A DNA stretch of 62,800 bases, filler included, from Stramenopiles sp. TOSAG23-2 (GCA_900128395.1; 10 parts of 10 records of this genome joined end to end with filler, not necessarily neighbours in it); one strand, 5' to 3'. Shown: positions 48,682-59,666, counted from the whole stretch's first letter. Numbers and translations are program-made. Notes: generated by a model from the sequence alone, not told the origin.

Positions 48682-49025
48682 ATAATAAAAAAGTATTATA
48701 GCAACGTGCTGGTTGTGTATATATAATACTTTTTTGTTTTTTTATATATATTTTAAAAACAAATTTCGAAAAAAAAAAATTTAAATTTTAATTTTTTTTC
48801 TGAATTTTTGAAAAGTTTTGATTATTTACTTTTTCAACATACAAATAGATTATACAAATTGTAACGTGTGAACAATACAATTACATACAAGTAAAATCAC
48901 ATAGAATAAAACCGAGATAGATAGATTTCGTTCTACATTATATTAGCATCATAGGTTAATTTATAACGACGATATTTATTTATTTATATATCCAGATTAT
49001 TATAAATATAAAATCAACAAAAAAC

Positions 49026-49770
49026 ATGTACTACAATAATAATAATCATTCGTCATCGTTCAGATCATCTCAACAACGTGCGACATATATCGATTGTAAC
49101 AATAAAACATTACGTATACAAAAACATTTAGGGTCAGGTGTATTTGGTAACGTATATAAAGCATATGAAACAAATACAGGAAATGAATATGCAATTAAAA
49201 TGACAAAATATAATAATATTGAACCAGAAAAAGGTATAAATGAAATTCAAATATTAAAATATTTACAACATTATAATGATATCGATCAAAAAAATAAAGA
49301 ACATGGTAATAATAATAACAACAACAACAACAATATTATTAAATTTATCAATTCGTTTATCTATCGTGTAAAGAATAATGACTATGAATCAACTAATAAT
49401 GATAAAAAAGATAAAGTACATAATGAATTTTTATCATATCGTTGTATTGTTATGGATTATGTTGGACCATTTACATTACGAGATGCATTGAATAAAGGTT
49501 ATATTACGGATGTAATTCAATATAATAATAATAACATCAATAGAACAAATTGCGATGATCGTTATACTATTAAACAAGTCATGAAAGATATATTAAGCGC
49601 GGTTACATTTATGCATTCATTAAATATAACACATCGTGATATAAAACCAGAAAATATTATTTGTCAAATTAGTTCCAATCGTATCGTTCGCGTCGTTTTA
49701 GCTGATTTTGGTTGTGGTAAAATGTTGACATATAATTCAAATGAAAATCATATTTTATTATCAACAACAA

Positions 49771-49802
<32 letters not shown>

Positions 49803-49818
49803 CAATTAGTAACATCAT
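49026..49818 (+). CDS. Ser/Thr protein kinase, 3' truncated
   Basis: LGSGVFGNVYKA, YAIK, HRDIKPEN and LADFG, with poly-Asn inserts. Confidence 0.9.
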
Positions 49819-49918
49819 NNNNNNNNNNNNNNNNNNNNNNNNNNNNNNNNNNNNNNNNNNNNTTAATTAATTAANNNNNNNNNNNNNNNNNNNNNNNNNN
49901 NNNNNNNNNNNNNNNNNN

Positions 49919-52506
49919 AGAAACAAAGAAATTTTGTACGCTTAATGAAAAAATGTAGTGAATACGCTTTGAATGGAATTGATTACAAACATTGTAAAAC
50001 AATGAAAGACGTTAAAAAATTATTGATCTGTTCTACCAAAATCACTTCGCGTAATAAAGGGAAATATTATGATTTATTTGATGATTACGGAACACAATAT
50101 CATTTTTATGCATTTTTATATTTGATGTTTTCATCAAACCTTTCGCCTTTAATTATGAAAAAGAAAGATACGTATTTTCAACTACTTGATGTCTCGATGA
50201 GAGATTTTATTGCGAAATGCGATCAGAAAGCGAATGAATTGGGGCAAAATATTTCATCGTATGATGTTGAAAAACATATCGAACATATTTTTTTACCTTT
50301 TTTTCAAAAACATGCTAGAACAATCAATCACTTTTCTAATATTGACAGTCGTGCTGTCAATGAAAATAACAATATCGTATCTTACAAATTATGTGGCGTT
50401 GAATTCCTCCATAATGATGATAGTGAAGAAGAACATAGCCAAGTTGATAATGATAATGTAGATAAATTTATGCCTTTCAATGCTAATACAAAATCGAATA
50501 AATATGTTGATCAAAAAACGTTACACATCGGTACTATTGGTTTGCAGACAGATGAAATTGATTCTTCACCACAGAAGATCTCTATCTCATACAGCGATTT
50601 GGATTCTATTCGTTGTGAAGAAATGATTGGTAGTACTGGTCATAGTGCAAAAATTAATCCAAAATCAACAGTACGCATTACATGTATTTTTAAAAAGCAA
50701 CTTCCACCAAACGCATTAAAGAATTTAATGAACGTTGAGCTTGATGGTATTCTTGATAAATATACTGGAATAAATTTATATGTAGATATTACAAACGATG
50801 AAAAAAGTAAAAATGCATGTTTATTGTTAAAAAATAAATTGGAATCAATTTTCGAATATACATGCAATTCTTACGATATCGACGATAAAAAATCAAAAAA
50901 AGGTAGCAGTTCAAGTAAATCAAAAAGCAATGACAGTAAAGGTAGTCAGAACAACGATAAAAAGAGGAAGAAGAACACTAAAACTACAAAAGGTAGCAGT
51001 TCAAGTAAATCAAAAAGCAATGGCAGTAAAGGTAGTCAAAACAACGTAGCCAACGATGTAAGTATATATGTATTTCTTTTTTGTTGCATGAATAATTCCC
51101 TAACAACTGTTTCTTTTATTGTTATTGCACATAGGATTATCGAATTATAGGATTATCGAAATGGGAAAAGGATTTGATGTTGCAATTACAAGCATATGTA
51201 AACCAAAACAAACGTTTACCTCATTCAACAGACCGAAAGCTTTACGAACGAATGATTTATTTTGTTGCAAAAATCAATACAGCAAATGACACAAAGAAAA
51301 CGCGTGAGCAAATAGTCGAAGAATACTTAGGTATTCAATTAAGCAATGTAAGTAACATCATGGAATATATTCTAATTTTTTTTTTACCCAAATGACTATT
51401 CCCTAACAACTGCTTATTTACCACTCTCTACACACAAACTTATATATATATATATATAGACGGATTCGGGAGAAATTGTAATTGAAGAAGACATTGCGGA
51501 AGAAATTGCGGAAGAAATTTCGGAAGAAATTGCATCCAACTATGGCAATTACGACGAGGCGGAATACCCATATTACAATGAACCTTGGAATAAATGCTTG
51601 ACGGAACAAACTCGTAGAAGTGGTTTAAAATACGTAGTCAATGTAGACAGAAATAATACGAATATTACGCATGTTTTAATTCTACTCAATCCGACACCAT
51701 CATTAATTTCAAAATTGAACCATGATGGAACAATCAAGCTTGAGGATTACCCGGCACCGACTGTCGTAGCAGCTATTGAAGCATTAGGTAGAGTAGAAAA
51801 AGTAGGAAGTGTCATGGTTTTAAACGCAATATCGGTACCCACCAGCAACGCGTGCAACTTATATCGATTTTTTCAAAACAACCCAGGCACTTTCGAAGCC
51901 AGTTGTAAAGAAGCATTTAGCAATTTATGTGCGGTTTTGAAACAGCTTCCAACATCCACCTCTGTTTTTCTTGGGTGTGGTAATGGTTGTTTTGGCACGT
52001 TGCAAGAGAAATTTTTCGCGCATTACGTCAGAATTTTGCAAAAATTATTGGAATGGCATCGTTCGGTAGAAAAGAAATTAACTGCAACACCGATAATTAC
52101 ATTTGGGCAAACGCAACAAGGATACGCGAAACATCCAAGTGGCTTGGTTCGCAGGAGTATGGAATTAGTCCCTGAATTGCATTATGCGGAAAGATTAATT
52201 GATCTTGTAAAAAACTGTGAAGAAAAAATTGCAAAAAAGGAACATGAACAAACATCACAAGCATCGTCATCAAAAAAAAGAAGATCAACCAATGGAACTA
52301 CCAGACGCAAAAGAGGGAGAAAAATGATACGTCAAAGTAACTATGTTGGTGCAATGGTCAACGATGGTCCTATCGAACGTACGGGGAAAATTGTTCTTGG
52401 ACCTGTGCTTGGTCACAAACGTGTTCCAAACGTTAAATATGATTCTTTAGAAGGTATGAATCCTGGGCCTGATGAAAACTTCAGAGATGAGAATTATGAA
52501 TTATAA
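49919..52506 (+). CDS. Three-exon gene (<49919-51057, 51135-51347, 51460-52506) with a C-terminal DUF1643-like domain
   Basis: Two phase-0 introns, 51058-51134 and 51348-51459 (both GTAAGT..TTCCCTAAC..AG), join ORFs 49945, 51174 and 51598 in frame. The last exon has ILLNPT, PTV, VLNAISVPTSN, FLGCGN and FGQTQQGYAKHPS. Confidence 0.72.
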
Positions 52507-53260
52507 TGGAGAACAATCAATGTTGTAAAACAAAACATAGGAGAGCTGTTAAAATTAATATGCTTAGATTTATTTTATTATTTTATTATACATATTGAAC
52601 GTACCTCTATATCTTGTTTTCATTATTTTTTCGTATTCGCAAGTTGTACACATTCACTCACCTCTTTTTTCAATGATATTTGTTTTTCAAAGCCTCTTTT
52701 GATACAAACATTAGAGAAATACAGTATATATAACTGAAAATGATGCATGGCAAGTTTAAATGTTGAATTAAAAAAAAAGTAATCAAAGATTCGTGTTCAT
52801 ATTCACAACATAAAAGGTTTAGGTATATTTGGAACCCTACGCACTAAGAATAGGCAAAGAAATTGAGATTAAAGTGTTTTTTGAAGAATTAGTGTAAAAA
52901 TTATAGCAATGGATCAAAATCACGTTAAATTAAGTCTACCAGAGTAGATGAAAAGTAGAATAATTTTAAAATTATTTAGTTACAAATAAAATTAATTTAT
53001 ATATATATTTAAAATAAAATATTATTACGATATTTTTATTTTACTCACATACCTACTGCCTCAGAGGAAAAAAAAACTAAGACATTTTGTTTAAAACTAT
53101 ATGTTTTAGAGGATCATACATTTTTTTCATCTCTGATCACTTTTTATTATTTCCTTTTCCATGTATTTTTTATATATATATATATATTTTTGACAGGCTT
53201 TTGCGGCTTTATTATGTATTTGTTAGTATACAATATAATCCCTATTATAACAAAGTTACG

Positions 53261-54131
53261 ATGGTATATAATGAGGAAAGTCACACTGGCACAGGATTAA
53301 AAGCAATTATTGGAGTTATGGTTTACATATCTTGTTGGAAATTATAATAACAGGGAATGAATGTGCAAACATTGCAGCTAGAGCGGTATCAAATACATTG
53401 GCAACTTCAAGTGGACCAGAATCTGCATCACGTATTATGGAAAGTGGTGGCTTAGGAAAAGTATGTCAATATTTAAAAACTTGTAAATTAGGTGAAACGG
53501 AGCCGCTTGTCATTGCAGAAACATTGAAAGTAGGAAAAAGATGTTGTGAACGATTTCGTCCAGATGCGCAAGATTTATTGATTGAAGAGGGAATTTTTGA
53601 ATATTTAATTGATTGGGTATGTTTTACAAAGGAAATGCAATTGGAACAAGATGAATCGCCACCTGATCATATCGAAAATATGCGCATCGAAAGTGCAAAA
53701 ACACTTTATTTTTTAACATTAGATAATGTCGAGATACAAATGTTACATACTGGAGATATTATAAAACAAGCTATGGATGCATATGTATCATCAATAGATA
53801 AATATCCAACATTATTAGAAGAATTATGTAGATGGTTTGGTGCAATTGTTTCAAAAATATATATGATCAACAAATTGTATTTACACGTTTAAACGGATTT
53901 GATGATGTTTTAATTGATTCAATATATCATGGACATACAAAATTAAGAGGTCGAGCATTATTAGCACTATCAGAATTAGTTGATGCAAATGATAATGTGA
54001 AAGATCGTATGTATAAATCAGGAGTATGAAATGTCATTGAAAATCTTCATGGTGGTATCAATGATTGTGATGATAAAAATATGAATGGAACTATAATGTT
54101 GGAAAAAATTGGGATAGTTCGTTTGTATTGA
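53261..54131 (+). pseudogene. Disrupted ARM/HEAT-repeat gene
   Basis: ARM-like helical sequence is spread over different frames (53261-53347, 53332-53892, 53832-54029). After the TGA at 54027 the frame reads on to 54131. Confidence 0.55.
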
Positions 54132-54293
54132 CTAGGACAGAGTAAATGAATTATATACTGACAAACTTCGTATAATGATTAATAAAAAAATATTATTATA
54201 TAATATGTGTTTTTCTCTTTATATATACGTATATATATATGATGCATATTTAAAATGATGGTTAAAATCTTAAGTTATACAAATGATATATTT

Positions 54294-55226
54294 TTACTCT
54301 CTTCCTGGTACAAATCTACCATTTTCATCAAAACAATTTGCTTTTCCACCTTTTGAACGTATAAGATCAATGATCTCTTGTTTAATTGGACTATTATTAT
54401 ATTGGTATACCAGATCCAATACTGTCTCTCCTCTATCATTTGTATTATTAATACTATCATCAGTCATATGACTTAATAACAATTGAATCAACTCAGTACT
54501 CTTTACGTTATTCTCTCCTGCATAATGTAAGGCATTCCATCCACAACTATCTTTAATATTAGGATCAGCATCATGTTGTTCAATCAAATATTTAACTATT
54601 TGGAAATGTTCGTTCCATACAGCTATCATTAAAGGTGTCCAACATTCATAACCATCACTATCTCCACCGAATTGATTCACCATATCTCTCAATGTCATAT
54701 CATCTCTGTAGCCATTAACATCACGATTAGTAATATACTTGTGATAAGGATGAAGACTCATAAATAATTCTACATCATCCATACGTCCGTGTTCACATGC
54801 ACATACAATAGGTGTTGGTACTTCACCATCTGCATCTTCTGGAAACTCTTGTTTATATCTTACAATTAATAAATAAAGTCTTCTCGCTGGATGTGTTAGT
54901 AGTATCTCATTTATACTTCTTCTACCTTCATAACTTAGACTCAATGCTATATCACGTACACGTTCAAAATCATCTGATCCAAATGCTTTTCTACATTGTT
55001 GTATTAAAGATGATCGTTTCACATTACATAATGTTTTAATGTCTAAATATTGTAATATATTTAACATGATCCCGCAGGCAGATTCAAATCCAGCTGGTAA
55101 AACTAATATACCAATCTTAATAGGTGGTGGTGCCCTTTTTTGTTTTAACCCTTCAATTGTTGATGGTTTTAACAACGTACGACATTGTCGTTTTGCAGGT
55201 GGTTGGTTAGTGGTCATCGATGCCAT
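54294..55226 (-). CDS. F-box-like motif plus ankyrin-repeat protein
   Basis: VLPAGFESACGIMLNILQYLDIKTLCNV is F-box-like. Ankyrin repeats PTPIVCAC, WTPLMIAV, WNALHYAG and ETVLDLV. ATG at 55226 or 55241. Confidence 0.75.
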   Translation of the reverse strand: MASMTTNQPPAKRQCRTLLKPSTIEGLKQKRAPPPIKIGILVLPAGFESACGIMLNILQYLDIKTLCNVKRSSLIQQCRKAFGSDDFERVRDIALSLSYEGRRSINEILLTHPARRLYLLIVRYKQEFPEDADGEVPTPIVCACEHGRMDDVELFMSLHPYHKYITNRDVNGYRDDMTLRDMVNQFGGDSDGYECWTPLMIAVWNEHFQIVKYLIEQHDADPNIKDSCGWNALHYAGENNVKSTELIQLLLSHMTDDSINNTNDRGETVLDLVYQYNNSPIKQEIIDLIRSKGGKANCFDENGRFVPGRE

Positions 55227-56562
55227 GATGTGTTTATACATATATATATATATATTCTCTTGTTTGTTTTTTTTTACTATATGTATCTTTGTATGTACGT
55301 ACCTGTATGTTGCTTATTATATTTATATCTTTATAATACTGTGTATATATATCTTTGCTTTTTTTCTTCTTAATAACCAGAATTCTTGGAAAATGGTTTA
55401 CCTGTGGTTTACCTTAACTTTGCAGACCTGGCTCCAGAATTCCAGTGCCGGCACATCCAGGATTCCAGAATTCCATAATTCCAGAAATAATTGAAAAAGA
55501 GAAGATTTGGATTTATTATACAGAAATAAAAAAATAAAAAAAAATGAAGAGGGCAAGAAATTATTTTTCTTTAAACCTGAAAAAAGATCAACTCAACTTT
55601 GCCAGTTTGCCAGTTGTTTGCTGTTTCGGGATGAAATTCGTTTAAAAAAGAATTGATAGTTTAGCAAGAACATACCATCATATTTCACTTCCTATATACC
55701 GCGCCTCGAAACTCGAAAATATAACCAATAAGAAGTAACACTACTTTTCATAGTCTAACAAGTGAAAAAAAATGAAAAATTCACAACATTTTAGTACGAA
55801 ACCATAGAGTACAAAATCACATTTTATTGATAGGTAAAAATTCAAATTCCATGAAAAAATAAAAAGTTAAAAATTGCAAAAAATAAATACCTTCACGGTG
55901 ACGATTTTTGATGAAAACCAAAACCTTAAAAAATTAGTATACTATTTATTGTACTTTTTGAAATTGAAATATTTTGACCGTACTGAAAACGGTTCCTGCC
56001 CAAATGTAGTGAATTTTGTAAAAGTTTATACTCATTAGTATATGGATTTGTGTTTATATTATGTGTTGTTTTATTTTCAGGGCATATATAGGAACAATAA
56101 TTTCAATAATGTGCCGTTATTTGAAAGTGAGATTTATCAAAAAATAACACAATAAATTATTTTGCAAATAATCTATTATTTTTGATAGGTAAAAACGATC
56201 ATCCCTGTGCTATTTGTATGTATCGATACATAATGATGAGAGTTAAAAAATTAGCTAGAAGTCTGGGAATAATAGCTTTATTATTTGGAAGAGAACCCGC
56301 GCATCAATGCTAATGTACTACCTGGTATGATGCACACAGCATAAAAATAAAGAAAAAATACCAACAAAGGTATATAAAGTGGAGTGTGGTAAATATAGAT
56401 ATTGAAAAATACAGAGAAAAAGAAATTGCGAACTTTGTTAAACAAAGATATTGTCACACACGCAAAATATAAAAATATAAAATACATTTATAAACGTACA
56501 TTGGATTTAATATCCCCCCACCCCCCAAACCCCTCAGAAAAAAACTAACAAAAATAAAAAAA

Positions 56563-56817
56563 ATGAGGGAATTAATGAATTTCAGAATAAATGATGTGAT
56601 TGCACATCGAGCAGGTGCATCACTCAATTATTACATTGTTGAGTCAATTATGAATCGACATGTATACGAATTTTCACCTTTGATATGGAATGGTCGTTGT
56701 TTTGTAAGAGAGGGCATGTTACCAGGTGATAAGTGTGAATATACTTTCAACCAATTGATGGCAGATGAAGCAATTGGTGAGGAATGGAGGATGGTGAGAG
56801 TGAGAGTTGAAAATTGA
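56563..56817 (+). CDS. Small orphan protein (84 aa)
   Basis: ATG ORF with protein-like composition and higher GC than both very AT-rich flanks. Confidence 0.4.
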   Translation: MRELMNFRINDVIAHRAGASLNYYIVESIMNRHVYEFSPLIWNGRCFVREGMLPGDKCEYTFNQLMADEAIGEEWRMVRVRVEN

Positions 56818-56989
56818 AATATATTATTTGTATATTTTTATATATAAAATAATTTTTTCATAAATATATATTTTATGTTTTTATGATACGGATAAAACAC
56901 AAAAATTATACGTAAAATATTTTATATATATATATGTGTATATACTTCCTTTTTGCAATAACGTGTTACCATAATTGATACTGGTAAGT

Positions 56990-58122
56990 TGCATCTTCAT
57001 TTGCTTGCTTTATTTTCAACAATCCTCCACAACCTTCATTTCTTTTGCATTATTATTATTATCATCCTCACGCTTTTGTTTATTTATACTCGCATCTGCC
57101 ATACCAATTCTTGACAATGTCTCACCAAGATTTTAAACAACGGATTGAATCCTCCGTTGAAAATGTTGAAACAACTATTTCCGGAACGACTTCAGCAAGA
57201 TCAGCTACACATATAGTTGCTTGACAAAATAATACTGCTACCCCATTAACAGCAGGGTCTGTTGTAAGTGCGCTATTTAACATGTCTGCATATTTTTGAA
57301 TTGCATTGACATAACTTTCATTATTCTCATTGTCTTAGTTTTTTTTTGCTATTCATGTTACTTTATCCTTTGATATTGCAGCAAAACATTTCATGATGTA
57401 TTTCAAAGCCTCCGCAGCTTCCCTTGCTTTCAATTGAAAAAATCGATTTTTCGTAGTAATATATTCAACCATTTCAATGAAATCCGTAAAGTTTTCTTTT
57501 CTTCAATTTTTTGTACGATCAATCAATGCGTTGTTTGTGAGAAATCCCACGGGTTACCTTTGCTGCTGCTGCTACCACTCGTTGTGCCATCGGCCGTGGA
57601 TTTGTTGTTATAATCTCTTCCACTAAGACCAGCATTTGCAGCAAGACGAACTTCTTGCTTAAAATCTGCAGCAACCAACATACACAAATAACGAGTTGGT
57701 ACATGTGATACTGGAAATATTCGTGTGGACATTTGTACGGCGCAGCGTCTTGCACGATAGTCACAACTTGTGGCATATTTTAAAAGCATTCTCATAATTT
57801 GATCCAACACATCTGAGGGACTATGCGCATATGCAGTCGCAAGGCTGGATAGAATGCTTCTTGTGCTGATGCTCGAAATTCATTATCGTCTTCCAATAAA
57901 CCTTCAAAGCACATGCGGGGTAATTCTAAATTCCCAGCAAATCACTTTGGTCGCCTTAATGCTAATACAGATAATACATGGTAACAATATTCTCTCAAAC
58001 GCCTGGAATCAATTGTGGATCCACCATTTTTACTACTTTCAATCAAACTGATCAATGATTTTTTTTTTTTTTTGCACACCAGATGAAAGCAATGGTGCAT
58101 ATACATTCAACGAAGCATCGGA
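56990..58122 (-). pseudogene. ECM29: Frameshifted fragment of the proteasome adaptor Ecm29
   Basis: RARRCAVQMSTRIFPVSHVPTRYLCMLVAADFKQEVRLAANAGL matches the Ecm29 motif (FP.DHIPSRYLLLLAAGD.REEV). Upstream RASAQEA/LSSLATAY is split by a frameshift near 57852. There are further frameshifts and stops, and the sequence is far shorter than Ecm29. Confidence 0.65.
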
Positions 58123-58515
58123 NNNNNNNNNNNNNNNNNNNNNNNNNNNNNNNNNNNNNNNNNNNNTTAATTAATTAANNNNNNNNNNNNNNNNNNNNNN
58201 NNNNNNNNNNNNNNNNNNNNNNCATTTAAGGAGATTACAGACAGCGTGTATAATGATACAATCGGTGAATTGACAAAGACAAATTCGTCCGGTCGATTGT
58301 TACGTTGATTGCGGTTTCTTATATATGTGTGCGTGTGTGTGTGTATTAATAAAATAATTACTTTTTTAAAACTACACTATACACAGTAATTCGATTTTTT
58401 ACTTTAATTATTGAAATTATTAACTCTTGTGTGTTCTTGTTGTTTTAGTTTTGTGGAGTAAATAGGAATATTTTTGTACTTATTACAATATATGATTAAA
58501 TTATATGTATAATAA

Positions 58516-58803
58516 TTTTAAAGACGTGTCTTTGATACAAAAACTTTACTTTCTGCTGTTCCAAGATTCGCAGCAAAACACATTCCAACATCAACACATA
58601 TTTCTTCGTTACTATAATCATGTACATATTGAACACCAATTTGCTCAGCACGAACTTGTTTTTAAAGACGTGTCTTTGATACAAAAACTTTACTTTCTGC
58701 TGTTCCAAGATTCGCAGCAAAACACATCTCAACATCAACACATATTTCTTCGTTACTATAATCATGTACATATTGAACACCAATTTGCTCAGCACGAACT
58801 TGT
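58516..58803. repeat. 144-bp tandem duplication of a gene 3' end
   Basis: 58516-58659 matches 58660-58803 except CATTCC versus CATCTC (VGMC versus VEMC). Confidence 0.9.
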
Positions 58804-59666
58804 AATTTATGTATAACTGCATGATATGCTGGTGGCATTGAACCAACAGTCGATATTAATGCGTCAAATATATCAGTTCCTACTTGTTTTTGTTTGGAAA
58901 TTTTTTGCATACGAGCTAATTCTCTTTCTACACCACGTCGCCCTGTACGATATAATGGCTTGCGGCAAAATGGCATTCCTGGTGGACATCCTGATGTTGT
59001 TTTTTCACCAACTTCAAGAAACATACCAGAGCTGTAACCTGGTCCTGGCACCGGCGAAGCCAAATTTACATCCTGTGCAGCATTGTAAGCTGCTGGGTTG
59101 TATGAAGCAGGACCAGGAAATGCATTTTGGTTATTTGGACCAGATGGTTCACCATCCATTGGGTTCCTAGCTACTAGTCGTTCAACTTTTTCCAAAATAT
59201 ACAAGCATGCTACACATGATTCGTCTGTATATGTTTCTTTAACCACTTTCGGTGGTTTTTTAACAACAGGTTTCTCTGGCTTGGTTGGTGCACCATTCTT
59301 TGGTTTGCACCAACCGTCAAAACCTATCTTTTTGCCTACTGCACAATATAGTTTATGCTTATGTTTATCCCATAATGGTTTTACTAATCCTTTTACTGTA
59401 GAGAATACACCACCTTTCTTTTTCTTCCCTTCTTCAGTTGAACCGCCTTTACTACCTCTTCCACTGTAATGTTTGTTTCTACTAAATTGAAACGATTTCC
59501 CTTCCAATAAAGAGAAGGCAAAGTTTTTGTTTCTTCCTAAGTTTTTTCTATTCTTACTATTATGATTATTATTTGGAACACGGTTTATTGCCGTTGTAAT
59601 ACCAATTAAAATACATACAAGTAATACATTACATAAAGCATATATGTTACTTTTTCTAAACATCAT
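58662..59666 (-). CDS. Secreted protein with a split saposin-like domain
   Basis: Signal peptide; SCVACLYILEKVERLV and SNEEICVDVEMC are the N- and C-terminal saposin B signatures, separated by a long Pro/Gly-rich insert. Confidence 0.65.
   Translation of the reverse strand: MMFRKSNIYALCNVLLVCILIGITTAINRVPNNNHNSKNRKNLGRNKNFAFSLLEGKSFQFSRNKHYSGRGSKGGSTEEGKKKKGGVFSTVKGLVKPLWDKHKHKLYCAVGKKIGFDGWCKPKNGAPTKPEKPVVKKPPKVVKETYTDESCVACLYILEKVERLVARNPMDGEPSGPNNQNAFPGPASYNPAAYNAAQDVNLASPVPGPGYSSGMFLEVGEKTTSGCPPGMPFCRKPLYRTGRRGVERELARMQKISKQKQVGTDIFDALISTVGSMPPAYHAVIHKLQVRAEQIGVQYVHDYSNEEICVDVEMCFAANLGTAESKVFVSKTRL

Noticed and set aside
54027-54029. In-frame TGA as selenocysteine or an alternative genetic code
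   Set aside because: The same gene also has frameshifts, TGA ends the intact ORF at 44637, and conserved Trp residues use TGG. Pseudogenisation is simpler.
41683-54641. Diversity-generating retroelement as the cause of ankyrin variation
   Set aside because: Differences are not adenine-specific (e.g. TGT/CAT, CCC/GTA) and there is no reverse transcriptase in the window.
55500-56560. Long non-coding stretch with a repeated TTGATAGGTAAAAA
   Set aside because: No terminal repeats, ORF or RNA-gene structure could be supported by eye.
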